Notes under the pieces: model-generated
What the model saw: only the letters and a program-made list of their open reading frames with translations
Databases searched by the model: none
Told to the model about the DNA's origin: nothing
Assembly (NCBI GenBank): GCA_947303785.1
Contig: CAMYZH010000001.1
Coordinates: 3,896-67,895 of the forward strand
Direction: 5' to 3'
DNA from: an uncultured Clostridium sp.
GTDB taxonomy: Bacteria; Bacillota; Clostridia; TANB77; CAG-508
DNA: 64,000 nt
In this document: in pieces, positions 18,771 to 30,899 of the stretch
Position numbering within the stretch: position 1 is the first letter of the stretch
Layout: each line of letters starts with the position of its first letter
Translations under genes and position numbers: made by a program

Positions 18771-20405
18771 TTATTCTTCAAAGTATTGTTCTTCGTAATA
18801 ATTATCTTGTTCATTTTCTATTTCTTCATTATTAGATTTATTAAATTCCTGTTCTTCTGCTTCTCTTTCGGCTTCATATTCTTCTTCAGTTTTTTCTTGC
18901 GTTATAGCATTCTTAAAATTATCACTTGTTCTAATTAATTCCTCTAAAGTTTTTATTTCTCTATTGCTTGGTTTATTAAAGTAATATGTAATTTTTCCAT
19001 TTCTCTGAATGTAATATATTGCTGTATAATATGCATTTTGTACAACAGTTCCTTTGGTTGTAATTACACCATATGTTGTTGATCCTGCAGCATTTTTCAT
19101 AGCAAATATTATTCCTGTAACTTCATCAGAAAGTGGCATAACTAAAGTAGGCATAGCCTCTGTTGTAAGAGTACTTCCGGCATCTGAAATTATTTTGCTT
19201 GGATTAGCACATCCTAATTCAATAAATCTTGAGTTAGCTATTAAGTTTCCTTCTAAATCATATAGTCCATAAACTCCATTCTTTTTTACTGGAATACAAG
19301 AATCTGCAATTATATATTTATCTTTAATATCTTGTCCTGAAAATACACTAATATCAGATAAACCAATTTGATCATATTCAGTTGGAATAATTATTTTACC
19401 ATTTGTATTAACAACCCCATATTTGTCTTTGTTTTGAACTATGTATAGTTTCTTTTCAGCACTTAATAATTCAATATTTTGATAATTGGTGTCAATTGTT
19501 AATTGTTCTTTTCCAGGTGCTGCCATACCAAATTTAGAATTTGTAAGAATTAAAAACTCATCAATACTTTGTACAAATTCTACTGCATCATATTTAACAC
19601 TTAAAACTGTATTATAATCATCGAATATTGCTAAGGAACCATATTTATCATCTTTTCCAACTACTGCATATCCTGATGCTAATGCCCTTTGATTTTTAAA
19701 ATTATTAGTCAAATTATAGCCTTTTTGTTGTATTAGTGCTCTATAGGTTTTTACTAAATGGTCTAAAGTAAAAATTTCATATTCTGAACCATTTTTTTGA
19801 ATTATCATATTAAATCCTTTGTTTATTCCTTGATAATTTACATATAATTTATTATCAAATCTTATAACAGGATTATCTATTACAAATGATTCTTTATCAT
19901 CTTCATTTGTCCCTGATGATTTTGTTTGATCTCTAAGAGTTTTCATTATTCTTAATTCCCCATCAGTCACTCCCTGTTGATTTGTTTTAATTGTTTTATC
20001 TACTTCATTAGAATTTGATATAAATGTTACATATTCACCACCATTGTCAATATAACATTTATCTTTAGATTCATCTACTTTGTCTCCATATGCACCATTG
20101 TTGTATGTATAATTAGAAAGTGTAGCTAAAGTTTCTATACAGAAATACTCTGTTCCATTTTCATCTACTAGCATAATAGGTAATTCTTGCTTTTTGTATT
20201 CAATTGTACTTTGATGGTATATTCCATCATTTGCTTGAAGATCATATGTTTTAGTTTTATAAATAGTATTCTCCATTTTAAATCTTATTTTAGAATCTTC
20301 TTGCTTCATTAAAACTAATAAAACTATTAAAAGTATAACAAATACAATACTTAATATTGCTATTCCAGTTAATAGCATTTTTTTCTTTTGATTAGCTTCT
20401 TCCAT
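18771..20405 (-). CDS. Membrane-anchored WG-repeat protein
   Basis: 544 aa with an N-terminal anchor. Repeated WG-type beta motifs are DKYGVVNTNGKIIIPTEYDQIG, NGVYGLYDLEGNLIANSRF and DKYGSLAIFDD. Acidic tail. Confidence 0.75.
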   Translation of the reverse strand: MEEANQKKKMLLTGIAILSIVFVILLIVLLVLMKQEDSKIRFKMENTIYKTKTYDLQANDGIYHQSTIEYKKQELPIMLVDENGTEYFCIETLATLSNYTYNNGAYGDKVDESKDKCYIDNGGEYVTFISNSNEVDKTIKTNQQGVTDGELRIMKTLRDQTKSSGTNEDDKESFVIDNPVIRFDNKLYVNYQGINKGFNMIIQKNGSEYEIFTLDHLVKTYRALIQQKGYNLTNNFKNQRALASGYAVVGKDDKYGSLAIFDDYNTVLSVKYDAVEFVQSIDEFLILTNSKFGMAAPGKEQLTIDTNYQNIELLSAEKKLYIVQNKDKYGVVNTNGKIIIPTEYDQIGLSDISVFSGQDIKDKYIIADSCIPVKKNGVYGLYDLEGNLIANSRFIELGCANPSKIISDAGSTLTTEAMPTLVMPLSDEVTGIIFAMKNAAGSTTYGVITTKGTVVQNAYYTAIYYIQRNGKITYYFNKPSNREIKTLEELIRTSDNFKNAITQEKTEEEYEAEREAEEQEFNKSNNEEIENEQDNYYEEQYFEE

Positions 20406-20420
20406 GTTTTAGATTTCCCC

Positions 20421-21569
<1,149 letters not shown>

Positions 21570-22919
21570 TTATTTACTTATTTCTTTACTATCTTTTTCT
21601 CCTAAAGGTTCAGATTGTGTTTTTATTTGAAAGCCTTTAGATACTGCATCAATTTTATCTAAATCTACTTCCTTTTTCAAATCATCGGTAAATCTTGTGT
21701 CATCCATTACTTTATTAGCCTGTTCTAGAGCAGTATTTTGAGATGTAATACTATATTTTTTTGCTAAATATTCATTATGTTCTGGTTTAACATGCTTTTG
21801 ACCTAAAAAATATGTTATAAATTCTTTTACTCCATATATTCCGCTATTAGTAATAAAACTAAATGATTTAGGCAATAAATTAACATTTTCTTTATTTGCG
21901 TTGTTGAACATACTTATAGAGTTTTTATCTAAAATTCCTATTCCAGGATTAGTCGGATCTATTACAAGATATATATCATCCTCTTCTATATATACTAAAA
22001 CAACCATATGGTTGGCTGTAATTTTTTTGTCTTGAAGCCAATCATTTATTTTTTGTGTATCTTCATCATTCTCATTCGAATTAAGGTCATTTTGACTGTC
22101 ATCACTAATGAATATATTATCTGTCTGTTCTGTTTCATTGCCAGCTTCTTTCGTTTGAATATTTGGATAAACATAATATTGATATGAGTTGAGATCCATA
22201 TATACTGGAAGTGTTCTAGCTTTATACCCCATGGCTTGTAAAACTTTAGCAACATATGTAGCAAAATTTCTACATATTCCATATCCATTTGCTCTAGTAA
22301 CATCTAATTCTAAGCAACCATTAGCATCAATGAGAGGTGGATCTTTATATCCTTCTATATTTGCCCACATGTCATCTACCACTTTCATTATTACCTGTAA
22401 ATCTGTTAGTTTTTTACCTTCAAACTTTTTGACATACTCTTCAATTTTAAAATCTGACTTGCTTATTTGTTCAGCATATGTCTTTTTGTTTTGATTGATT
22501 TCAGCTGCAGGGATAAGTAGTGTATCACTCGAAATTGCTAAAAATAAAGCTGAAAAGAATATAGCTATTGATCTATATCCTAATTTTCTGATTTTCCATA
22601 AAAAAGCTGAAACGTTTCCTTTTTCTTGCTTTATATCTTGATACATCGCGCTTAAAAGGAGTTTATCATGTAATTTTTCTCCATATTTTACATTGATCTC
22701 TTCATATCTTTTTTCTTTTTTTAATTTCTGAAGATCTTTTCTTTGGTAGTTTTTATTGGCATATTTCCTATATGCTCTCTGACCGAATAATTGATATATT
22801 CTCTCATTCTCACCATTTTTTTCGAGTCTTTGGCAAACATTTTTATATGCTCTTAAAAACTCTTTTTCTTTTCTTTTTTGCTCTGCTTCCAATTTGATCT
22901 CATCAAAAAATCGAGACAT
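21570..22919 (-). CDS. Membrane protein with a transglutaminase-like cysteine peptidase core
   Basis: 449 aa. The Cys motif GYGICRNFATYVAKVLQAMGYKARTL resembles the transglutaminase core G-x-C-x-x-FA...GIPAR. Downstream NHMVVLVYI...LVIDPTN supplies His and Asp. Confidence 0.6.
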   Translation of the reverse strand: MSRFFDEIKLEAEQKRKEKEFLRAYKNVCQRLEKNGENERIYQLFGQRAYRKYANKNYQRKDLQKLKKEKRYEEINVKYGEKLHDKLLLSAMYQDIKQEKGNVSAFLWKIRKLGYRSIAIFFSALFLAISSDTLLIPAAEINQNKKTYAEQISKSDFKIEEYVKKFEGKKLTDLQVIMKVVDDMWANIEGYKDPPLIDANGCLELDVTRANGYGICRNFATYVAKVLQAMGYKARTLPVYMDLNSYQYYVYPNIQTKEAGNETEQTDNIFISDDSQNDLNSNENDEDTQKINDWLQDKKITANHMVVLVYIEEDDIYLVIDPTNPGIGILDKNSISMFNNANKENVNLLPKSFSFITNSGIYGVKEFITYFLGQKHVKPEHNEYLAKKYSITSQNTALEQANKVMDDTRFTDDLKKEVDLDKIDAVSKGFQIKTQSEPLGEKDSKEISK

Positions 22920-22934
22920 TTCTCCTCCACTTCA

Positions 22935-23957
22935 TTAATAAATAAACATTGCATCACCAAAACTAAAAAATCTATATTTTTCTTTTACTGCCATATTATA
23001 TGCCTTAAGAATAAAATCTCTATTTGAAAATGCAGAAACAAGCATAAGCAAAGTTGATTGTGGTAAATGAAAATTTGTAATTAATCCATCTATACATTTA
23101 AATTTATAACCTGGATATATAAATATCTTTGTATCACCCTCGGTTTGCTTTACAAAACCATTTTCATCTGCAATAGTTTCTAAAACTCTGCATGAAGTTG
23201 TTCCAACAGAAATGATTCTTTTTCCGTTTTTCTTAGCATTATTGATTTTATAGGCATCTTCTTGTTTAATATAAAAATGTTCTGAATGCATATCATGTTT
23301 TTCTACTTCATCTTCTTTAACTGGTCTGAATGTTCCAATTCCAACATGTAATGTAACATTTGCAATTTCAATACCTTTTTCTTTTATTTTTTCTAATAAA
23401 TCTTCTGTAAAATGTAATCCCGCTGTGGGTGCTGCTGCAGAACCATTGTATTTTGCATAAACTGTTTGATATCTATCTTTATCTTTTAAAGTTTCGTGAA
23501 TATATGGTGGAAGTGGCATTAATCCAATTTTATCTAAAATTTCATTAAAAATACCTGCATATTTAAATTTTACTTTTCTGGTTCCACCTGGCATTATATC
23601 TAATATTTCAGCCTCAAGAATTCCATCACCAAAAATAACTTTTGTACCAATATGCAATTTATTTCCTGGTCTAACAATTGCCTCCCAAATATCTCCTTCA
23701 ATATTGTTTAATAGTAAAAACTCTACATTAGCACCTGTTTCTTTTTTTCCATATAATCTTGCTGGAATAACTTTTGTATTATTTCTAACTAAACAATCTC
23801 CAGGCTCTAAATAATCAATAATATCTTTAAATACTTTATGTTCAATTGACAAAGAACTTCTGTCTAAAACCATAAGTCTTGATTCATCTCTATTTTTTAT
23901 AGGAACCTGTGCTATTAATTCTTCAGGTAATTCATAATTAAAATCTGATACTTTCAA
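22935..23957 (-). CDS. queA: S-adenosylmethionine:tRNA ribosyltransferase-isomerase
   Basis: 340 aa. [41 protein letters not shown] and [10 protein letters not shown]. Confidence 0.95.
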   Translation of the reverse strand: MKVSDFNYELPEELIAQVPIKNRDESRLMVLDRSSLSIEHKVFKDIIDYLEPGDCLVRNNTKVIPARLYGKKETGANVEFLLLNNIEGDIWEAIVRPGNKLHIGTKVIFGDGILEAEILDIMPGGTRKVKFKYAGIFNEILDKIGLMPLPPYIHETLKDKDRYQTVYAKYNGSAAAPTAGLHFTEDLLEKIKEKGIEIANVTLHVGIGTFRPVKEDEVEKHDMHSEHFYIKQEDAYKINNAKKNGKRIISVGTTSCRVLETIADENGFVKQTEGDTKIFIYPGYKFKCIDGLITNFHLPQSTLLMLVSAFSNRDFILKAYNMAVKEKYRFFSFGDAMFIY

Positions 23958-23973
23958 AATTTTACATCCTTTC

Positions 23974-25329
23974 TTAGTCTGTAGTTATTGTTACAAAGTT
24001 TGAATCTTCAATTTCACTTTCTTTATTGTTTGCCATTACAGCTTTTATATTTCCAATAATTTGGCTTGCAACATCAATTATATTATGTGGTTCTTGTTCA
24101 AATTCAACTTCTTGACTATAATCAAAATCACTCATTTGAACAGGTTTGGTTTCATATACAATAGGGTCAAGTCCTGTTTTCCCATCCTTTGAAGGAATAT
24201 TACACATCATATAGTCTTTATACCATTCTCTAAGTCCAGAAACAGATTGTGTTTTATAACCATATTTTTCATTATCATGTAATGCTGGAAACTCATATCC
24301 TTTTTCAGCTAAATTTCTTTCAAGTGAATGTAAAAACTCGTGTACAAATACTTCTTCTGGGAATGTATCATTTTTAATGTTATACTTGTACATTGTACTA
24401 TTTGCTAAATCATTAGGCATTCTGATATCAGAAAAGCCAATTGAATCATATCTCATACTTCCAAGTCCAATCCATTCATTAACTGGAATTCCTCCATTTT
24501 TATCTCCCATTCTTATTCCTATAAATATGTGGTCAAATTCATTTTCTTTGACATATTTATCTATTAGTGTCTCAACATCTTTTGGTGCAACATAATAATA
24601 GTTTTCTTCATCATATGATAGTGATGTTAGTGGCTCTTGTATCTCAATTGTTTTATATGAAACAGTCATTAACTTATCTGAAAAGATTTCACATGTATTT
24701 GCATATCTTTGAAGATTTGTCTCTAAAAGTTCTTTATCTTCTTTAGTTAAGGAATAATTATATTGTTTTCCATCTAATTCCACATCAACATTATCTATTA
24801 AGAAACATACTACATTCCAATCTATTGATGGATCTTTAACCCCCTTTTCTACATGCATATCAGCAAACCATACTTTACCTTTAGAACTTCCTTCATATCC
24901 TCCAAGTCTAAATGCAATATTTAAATTTTCTTTATCTTTACTATCAACTAATAAAGTAACTTTTTGCCAGTCATTTGTTCCTTGAATCGGAAGAGTCTGG
25001 TCGGCTGTTCCCATTATTCCAATACAAGCTCCAGAAGTGTCTGGCTTATCGCTTTCAACATTTTCTGTTTTTATCATACATGTAATTTTATATGGGGTAT
25101 CTTTTTCAACCTTAATTTCTTTAAAGAATAATGCATTATCATAATCTTGACTTTCAATTACATAGCTTTTTTTGTTATTATATTTTTGTTTTGAATCTCT
25201 GTAATATGCAGCATTTGACTTAACTTTCATAAAATCATTAAAATAATATTTATTATAGATTGTAACAAGTACAACTATCATTGCAATCAATAGTATTAAA
25301 GTTATTATTCTTGAAATCCATTTTTTCAT
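23974..25329 (-). CDS. Membrane-anchored putative zinc metallopeptidase (HExxH) with an N-terminal beta-sandwich (CBM-like) domain
   Basis: 451 aa with a signal anchor. HEFLHSLE motif followed by acidic residues. The N-terminal region resembles galactose-binding-like folds. Family not recognised. Confidence 0.5.
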   Translation of the reverse strand: MKKWISRIITLILLIAMIVVLVTIYNKYYFNDFMKVKSNAAYYRDSKQKYNNKKSYVIESQDYDNALFFKEIKVEKDTPYKITCMIKTENVESDKPDTSGACIGIMGTADQTLPIQGTNDWQKVTLLVDSKDKENLNIAFRLGGYEGSSKGKVWFADMHVEKGVKDPSIDWNVVCFLIDNVDVELDGKQYNYSLTKEDKELLETNLQRYANTCEIFSDKLMTVSYKTIEIQEPLTSLSYDEENYYYVAPKDVETLIDKYVKENEFDHIFIGIRMGDKNGGIPVNEWIGLGSMRYDSIGFSDIRMPNDLANSTMYKYNIKNDTFPEEVFVHEFLHSLERNLAEKGYEFPALHDNEKYGYKTQSVSGLREWYKDYMMCNIPSKDGKTGLDPIVYETKPVQMSDFDYSQEVEFEQEPHNIIDVASQIIGNIKAVMANNKESEIEDSNFVTITTD

Positions 25330-25925
25330 ATTTTTTCTATTATCTCCTTTAGTGATTTTTCTAATTTTTCTATTTCTCCATCATTGTGAATAACAAAATC
25401 TGCTTTTTGAACAAAGAATTCGTTGTTATTTTGTATTTCTAACCTCTGTTTTGCAACTTCTGGTGATATATTATCTCTTTTACATATTCTAGATATTTTT
25501 TCTTCATCTTCAGCAACAACCGCAATTACATAATCACAAATTGTTTCCATTTTAGCTTCATATAAAAGTGGTACATCAATTCCTATATATTCATAATTTT
25601 TATTTTTATTGTCTTCAACCTCTTGATTAATCTCTTTTACAACATAATAAAAAGTTAGTTTATTAAGCGCTCTACGTATTTCTTTATTTTTATAAATAAT
25701 AGAAGCAACTTTTTTTCTATCTAGTTCTCCATTTTCTTTTAATACTTCATTGCCGAAAAGTTTTACCATCTCTTTAAAATAATCTGAATTCATATCTTGA
25801 GTAAGTTTTCTTGCTACTTCATCTGCATCTATTGTATATGAATTATAATTTTTACCTAACAAGGTATTTAATGTCGTTTTTCCTGCTCCTGAAGGACCTG
25901 TAATCCCTAAAACTTTCATAGTCAC
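25326..25925 (-). CDS. coaE: Dephospho-CoA kinase
   Basis: 199 aa. GITGPSGAGKTT P-loop and IDADEVAR. Typical size. Confidence 0.9.
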   Translation of the reverse strand: MTMKVLGITGPSGAGKTTLNTLLGKNYNSYTIDADEVARKLTQDMNSDYFKEMVKLFGNEVLKENGELDRKKVASIIYKNKEIRRALNKLTFYYVVKEINQEVEDNKNKNYEYIGIDVPLLYEAKMETICDYVIAVVAEDEEKISRICKRDNISPEVAKQRLEIQNNNEFFVQKADFVIHNDGEIEKLEKSLKEIIEKI

Positions 25926-25930
25926 ACTCC

Positions 25931-26365
25931 TTATAAATTAGTGATTGCATTTCTTGCAAGTTCATCACATCTATTGTTAAACTCATTATCACTATGTCCT
26001 TTTACTTTTATAAATTCAATTTTATGAATTTTAGTAAAGCCATACATTTCTTCCCATAATTCTTTATTTTTTACAGGTTTTTTATCTGCTGTTTTCCAAT
26101 TATTTTTTTTCCAATTATAAATCCAACCATTATTAAAAGCATTTACCACATATGCACTATCACTATAAACCTTAACATTACAAGGAAATTTTAATAGTTT
26201 TAGTGCTTCTATTACAGCTGTCATTTCCATGATGTTATTTGTAGTAGCAGGATTCCCACCAGAAATCTCTTTCTTAGTATCTTTGTACATTAAAATAGAA
26301 CCCCAACCACCAGGTCCTGGGTTTCCGGAACATGCTCCATCTGTATATATAATTACATCTTCCAT
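25931..26365 (-). CDS. rnhA: Ribonuclease HI
   Basis: 144 aa. [31 protein letters not shown] and KGHSDN..N..CDELA. Confidence 0.9.
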   Translation of the reverse strand: MEDVIIYTDGACSGNPGPGGWGSILMYKDTKKEISGGNPATTNNIMEMTAVIEALKLLKFPCNVKVYSDSAYVVNAFNNGWIYNWKKNNWKTADKKPVKNKELWEEMYGFTKIHKIEFIKVKGHSDNEFNNRCDELARNAITNL

Positions 26366-26480
26366 TTTATCCTCACTTAAATAAATAATTATAAACTATT
26401 TATATTATTGCAAAAATGCATCTATCTATGGTATTATAACAATAATTAGTAAAATATACAATATAAAGGAGTGATAAAAT

Positions 26481-27659
26481 TTGGAAAATGTTTTAAGTAT
26501 CATATCTGAATATAATCCATTTCATTTTGGCCATCTCTTTCAATTGGAAGAATCAATAAAACAGGTAAATCCCAAATATAAAGTTGCAATTATTTCAGGT
26601 AATTTTGTTCAGCGTGGTGAACCAAGTATTTTAAATAAATGGGAAAAAACTAAAATTGCTTTATTTTATGGATTTGATCTAGTTATTGAATTACCTACAA
26701 TTTATAGTATTTCGAGTGCAGAAAATTTTGCACATGGTGCTATGAAAATTGCACATTCAATTGGTACAACTCATATTTCTTTTGGAAGTGAAAATGGAAA
26801 TATTGATGATTTAAAAGGTCTTTCAAATTTAATTAATAATTCTCCTATTTTTATTAATAAAGTTAAAGAAAAAATTTCAGAAGGTTTTTCATACCCTAAA
26901 TCTCAAGAATTAGTAATTGAGGAGCTTTTTTCAGATAAATATAAAAATATTTGTACTCCAAATAATATTTTAGGATTGGAATATTTAAAATCGATAGAAA
27001 AGCTAAATTCTAATATTGTTCCTATTACTGTAAAACGCAATAATGAATATTATTCATCTAGTCAAATAAGAGAAAACTTGAGAAATGATATTTCTTTTGA
27101 TGGGTTTGTTCCTGAATATACAAAACAAATTATAAATGAAAACCTTTCAAATGGTCATATTGTAAAATCTATAAAACAATATGAAAAAGAAATCATTTAT
27201 ACAATTAGGAAAATGTCATTTGAAGATTTAACAGATATTCCTGATTTATCCGAAAATTTAGTAAAAAAATTTAAAAATGCTGCAAGTTCTTGTAATACTA
27301 TTGAGGACTTAATTTCAAATATTAAGAATAAGAGTATTACACAAGCTAGAATTCAAAGAATTTTACTTTATATTCTTTTAGATATTAAAAAATCTGATAT
27401 GGAAATTTCAAAATCTGTGACTCCATATATTAGAATTCTAGGCTTAAACTCAAAAGGAAAAGAATTATTATCTTCTATATCTAAGAGAAATTATAATATT
27501 ATTACATCTGTAAATAAATTTGAAGAAGACTGTACAAATGCGAGATTATTAAGATTGCTTGATATTGATAAACTTTCAACAGATATTTATACACTTGCTT
27601 ATTCAAATAATTCTGCTTGTAATCTAGATTATACAACTAAGCTTATAGAGTTAATTTAA
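26481..27659 (+). CDS. tmcAL: tRNA(Met) cytidine acetate ligase (YlbM/DUF795 nucleotidyltransferase)
   Basis: 392 aa. The N-terminal ISEYNPFHFGHLFQ (HxGH) and GNFVQRGEP are typical of TmcAL. TTG start. Confidence 0.85.
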   Translation: MENVLSIISEYNPFHFGHLFQLEESIKQVNPKYKVAIISGNFVQRGEPSILNKWEKTKIALFYGFDLVIELPTIYSISSAENFAHGAMKIAHSIGTTHISFGSENGNIDDLKGLSNLINNSPIFINKVKEKISEGFSYPKSQELVIEELFSDKYKNICTPNNILGLEYLKSIEKLNSNIVPITVKRNNEYYSSSQIRENLRNDISFDGFVPEYTKQIINENLSNGHIVKSIKQYEKEIIYTIRKMSFEDLTDIPDLSENLVKKFKNAASSCNTIEDLISNIKNKSITQARIQRILLYILLDIKKSDMEISKSVTPYIRILGLNSKGKELLSSISKRNYNIITSVNKFEEDCTNARLLRLLDIDKLSTDIYTLAYSNNSACNLDYTTKLIELI

Positions 27660-27692
27660 AAATAAGTAGAATTTTTTATACGAGGAGGAAAA

Positions 27693-28544
27693 ATGCAAAA
27701 ACTTATAGTTGAAACAAAATTTGATAATAAAAAATTAAGTAGTTTTCTATATTTTCACTTTTCTGGTCTTACTTCATCTACATTTCATAAAGCTCTTAGG
27801 AAAAAAGATATTAGAATAAATGATAAAAGAATTTCTGAAGACCAAATAGTTCATGAGTTTGATACTATTACTTTATATATAGTTGATGAGTTATTATATA
27901 AAAATTATTATATTAAAACTATTTATGAAGATGAAAATATTATTGTTGTAGATAAACCTGCAGAGCTTGAAGTTTTATCTAATAATTCTTCACAAGAAAG
28001 TTTAACTTCTATTTTAAATAAAAAATATTCTTACATATCTCCTTGTCATAGAATTGATAGAAATACTACAGGTCTTGTCTTATTTGCTAAAAATAAACAA
28101 GCTTTAGAAATATTGTTAGATAAATTTAAAAATAAAGAAATTAAGAAAAATTATAGATGTACTGTTTTGGGTAAAATGCCTCAAAAAGAAGCTTTATTAA
28201 AGGCATATTTATTTAAAGATAATAAAAAATCTATTGTTTATATTTCAGAAAAACCTAAAAAAGGATATGTTGAAATTTTGACCAAATATAAGGTATTAAG
28301 TCAAAATGGTGATAATACTTCTACACTTGATGTTGAGCTAATTACAGGGCGTACTCATCAGATAAGAGCTCATCTTGCTTTTATTGGTCACCCTATAATT
28401 GGTGATGGTAAATATGGAATAAATGAAATCAATCGAAAATTTAATTCAAAATTTCAAAAATTAGAAAACTATAAAATTGAATTTTGTTTTAAATCAGATT
28501 CAGGAATTCTTAATTATTTAAATGGAAAGATTATTTCTATTTAA
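27693..28544 (+). CDS. RluA-family pseudouridine synthase with an S4-like N-terminal domain
   Basis: 283 aa. Catalytic HRIDRNTTGLVLFAK and TGRTHQIRAHLA. Confidence 0.9.
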   Translation: MQKLIVETKFDNKKLSSFLYFHFSGLTSSTFHKALRKKDIRINDKRISEDQIVHEFDTITLYIVDELLYKNYYIKTIYEDENIIVVDKPAELEVLSNNSSQESLTSILNKKYSYISPCHRIDRNTTGLVLFAKNKQALEILLDKFKNKEIKKNYRCTVLGKMPQKEALLKAYLFKDNKKSIVYISEKPKKGYVEILTKYKVLSQNGDNTSTLDVELITGRTHQIRAHLAFIGHPIIGDGKYGINEINRKFNSKFQKLENYKIEFCFKSDSGILNYLNGKIISI

Positions 28545-28610
28545 ATTTATTTATTTTAAAAAAATAAAAGCGCTATTATTAGTATAAAACTAATTACTAG
28601 CGTTTTTTGG

Positions 28611-29180
28611 TTATTTTTCAAATATACTTAAAGGTTTTGATACTGCATATATTATAGAATTACATTTTGTTTTTGCAAACGATTTACCTAAAGCTTTTCC
28701 TCCAACTGTTAGTGATGCAACAAATGCGCTCATTAAAAATTGTATATCTAATTTTAATCCAAAATTTTGTGTAATCTTTAGTGTCAACATGGCACTTATT
28801 GCTCCACTTAATACTCCTGCTATATCTCCTATTACATCATTACAGATGTTTGAAACTTTAGGAGCTGATCTTATTAATTTAATTGCAGTTTTAGCTCCTT
28901 TTACTTTTTTTGATGCCATTGCATGAAATTCTTCTTCTGTCGCACATGTAACTGCAACTCCTACTATGTCAAATATTACTCCTACAAATATAACTATTAT
29001 TAATACTATTACTGCTGGAATTATGTTTAGCTTTGTAATGCTTGTTGTAGATATATATGAAAATATCATTGAAAGCATAAATGTTATTATAAATATTGTT
29101 AAAAACCATTTTATGGCTTTTAATTTTTTATTTTTGTTTTTTTTGTTCATTATTAGATTTTTATTCCTTTCATCTTTCAC
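28611..29180 (-). CDS. Membrane protein, DUF21/CNNM-TM-like (tentative)
   Basis: 189 aa, 3-4 TM. The segment TCATEEEFHAMASKKVKGAKTAIKLI...NDVIGD resembles the DUF21 S-x-x-E-x-A...A pattern. Confidence 0.4.
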   Translation of the reverse strand: MKDERNKNLIMNKKNKNKKLKAIKWFLTIFIITFMLSMIFSYISTTSITKLNIIPAVIVLIIVIFVGVIFDIVGVAVTCATEEEFHAMASKKVKGAKTAIKLIRSAPKVSNICNDVIGDIAGVLSGAISAMLTLKITQNFGLKLDIQFLMSAFVASLTVGGKALGKSFAKTKCNSIIYAVSKPLSIFEK

Positions 29181-30864
29181 TTTCAGGTCTTTTAGCTAGT
29201 GTACCATCCTCATTATATTCTTTCTTTTCATAGAATGCAACTTCTCCTTTTTCATCTAAATGAGAAATTTGCTCATATCTTTTTACTCCATCTACTACAT
29301 TTCCGATGTGATATTTTGTATTAACACCATCTTCATCATATTCTCTTCCAGAAAATGTATATGTACCGTCTCCATCATTATTAGAATAATCATAATTATA
29401 CTCACTTGCAACTTCAAATCTATCTTTTTTCTTATTAAACGGATAATATTTAATTATACGTGAAACTCTTTCCTTATTATCATAATAAAAAGTTCTCTTT
29501 CTAAAAGGAGCTTCCTCAAAAGTCATTTCATCTTTACTGACTATTGAATTATTATTATATAATGTTGATATACGATATGATGGTTCATATGCTTCATTTT
29601 CGTAATAAAAGAGATCTGTATGTAGTTGACCATTTTTATCTTTATAATAGTGTTCATCTAAAAGACAACCTACATCCACATCTGATTTTTTACTCGTTGT
29701 AAATGTCTGAAAAATTACTCCATTGTAATCTGGTGAAATTACTATATGCTCATCAGGCTTATGTTCTTTACTACTCCATGTCGATGTTGAATAATATGTT
29801 ATTAGATGAGATTCCTTTATTCTATCACATAGGCTACATATTTCTTTATCATTTAATTTACCATCTTCTTTAATTTTTTTAGCTATATTGCTCAAGCAAT
29901 TTCTTTCATCATCTAAACTGCATATACTTTCTATTATACTTTTAAACTTTTTCATAAATATGTCATTTAAGTATAAATATTCAGGTATTCCACATCTTCT
30001 TGCTATTTCTGCTAATGCCAAGCTACATTTTATATCAAATAACCTTTCTTTGGCTTTTTCTTTTTTACCATTTTCATTAACATTATAGGTAGTCTTAGAT
30101 AAAAATTGACCTCCTACTACCTCACCTTGATGAAACTCAGTATACATACCTTTTTCATCATACATATACCCTTTAAAAGAAAAAGTATGATTATTTATGC
30201 CGTGGGGAGTAAAATCGTAACAAATTTTTCTTTTACCATTTTCGTAATTTTGTACAGCATCAATAATCCTACGATGCCCATCTAATAAATAATATCCTTT
30301 TTCAGTTCCTTTATCATTATATAGTATTTTTTTAATACTAAGCATTTCACCTTCTGTATTATAAGAACTCTTCTCTTTTCTTATTGGTTTTCCTTTGGAC
30401 AAATATAGAATATCGCTTTTATGGAATCCAACCTCATATATGTTATATTCATCTTTTGATATAGAACTATAGGCCGGTCTTGAACCTGAAGCTCCATATA
30501 CAGTAACTGTTTGAAAGCATACGCCCCCATTTGGTTTAACATCCATAGTACAAATTGTTTTCTGAGAATTCTGGGCAATTTCTTCCTCTTGAAGCTTTGT
30601 CCACTTTTTGGCTTCTTCATCTGACATCATTTTTGAATGATCGGAACATATGCTTTCAGCTATTTTATTTACTGCTTGATCATCTAATTCTCCACCTTGT
30701 TTTATGGTCTGTGATATAGCATTTAAATCGGTTCCATTAGGAGCTGATGATGTTAAACTTTCTACTATATTTTGATACTTTGTCATAAACATTTCATTTG
30801 AACATAAATTTTTAGGTGCTCCTAGTTTTTTTGCGACTTCTTCTAATGCTTTTCTATATTCCAT
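29170..30864 (-). CDS. Hypothetical soluble protein built from two ~280-aa tandem modules
   Basis: 564 aa. The two halves align, for example ALEEVAKKLGAPKNLCSNEMFMTKYQNIVESL vs ALAEIARRCGIPEYLYLNDIFMKKFKSIIESI, and YDEKGMYTEFHQGEVVGG vs YDEDGVNTKYHIGNVVDG. RBS AAAGGAAG precedes the ATG. No known family recognised. Confidence 0.55.
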   Translation of the reverse strand: MEYRKALEEVAKKLGAPKNLCSNEMFMTKYQNIVESLTSSAPNGTDLNAISQTIKQGGELDDQAVNKIAESICSDHSKMMSDEEAKKWTKLQEEEIAQNSQKTICTMDVKPNGGVCFQTVTVYGASGSRPAYSSISKDEYNIYEVGFHKSDILYLSKGKPIRKEKSSYNTEGEMLSIKKILYNDKGTEKGYYLLDGHRRIIDAVQNYENGKRKICYDFTPHGINNHTFSFKGYMYDEKGMYTEFHQGEVVGGQFLSKTTYNVNENGKKEKAKERLFDIKCSLALAEIARRCGIPEYLYLNDIFMKKFKSIIESICSLDDERNCLSNIAKKIKEDGKLNDKEICSLCDRIKESHLITYYSTSTWSSKEHKPDEHIVISPDYNGVIFQTFTTSKKSDVDVGCLLDEHYYKDKNGQLHTDLFYYENEAYEPSYRISTLYNNNSIVSKDEMTFEEAPFRKRTFYYDNKERVSRIIKYYPFNKKKDRFEVASEYNYDYSNNDGDGTYTFSGREYDEDGVNTKYHIGNVVDGVKRYEQISHLDEKGEVAFYEKKEYNEDGTLAKRPESER

Positions 30865-30899
30865 AAAATATCTTCCTTTATTTAAAATAGTATATATAT

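Noticed and set aside
30381-30620. Same-strand out-of-frame ORFs nested in larger genes (30381-30620, 22046-22303, 35494-35718).
   Set aside because: They are embedded in longer ORFs that have coherent domain content. They have no independent RBS and are most likely chance open frames.
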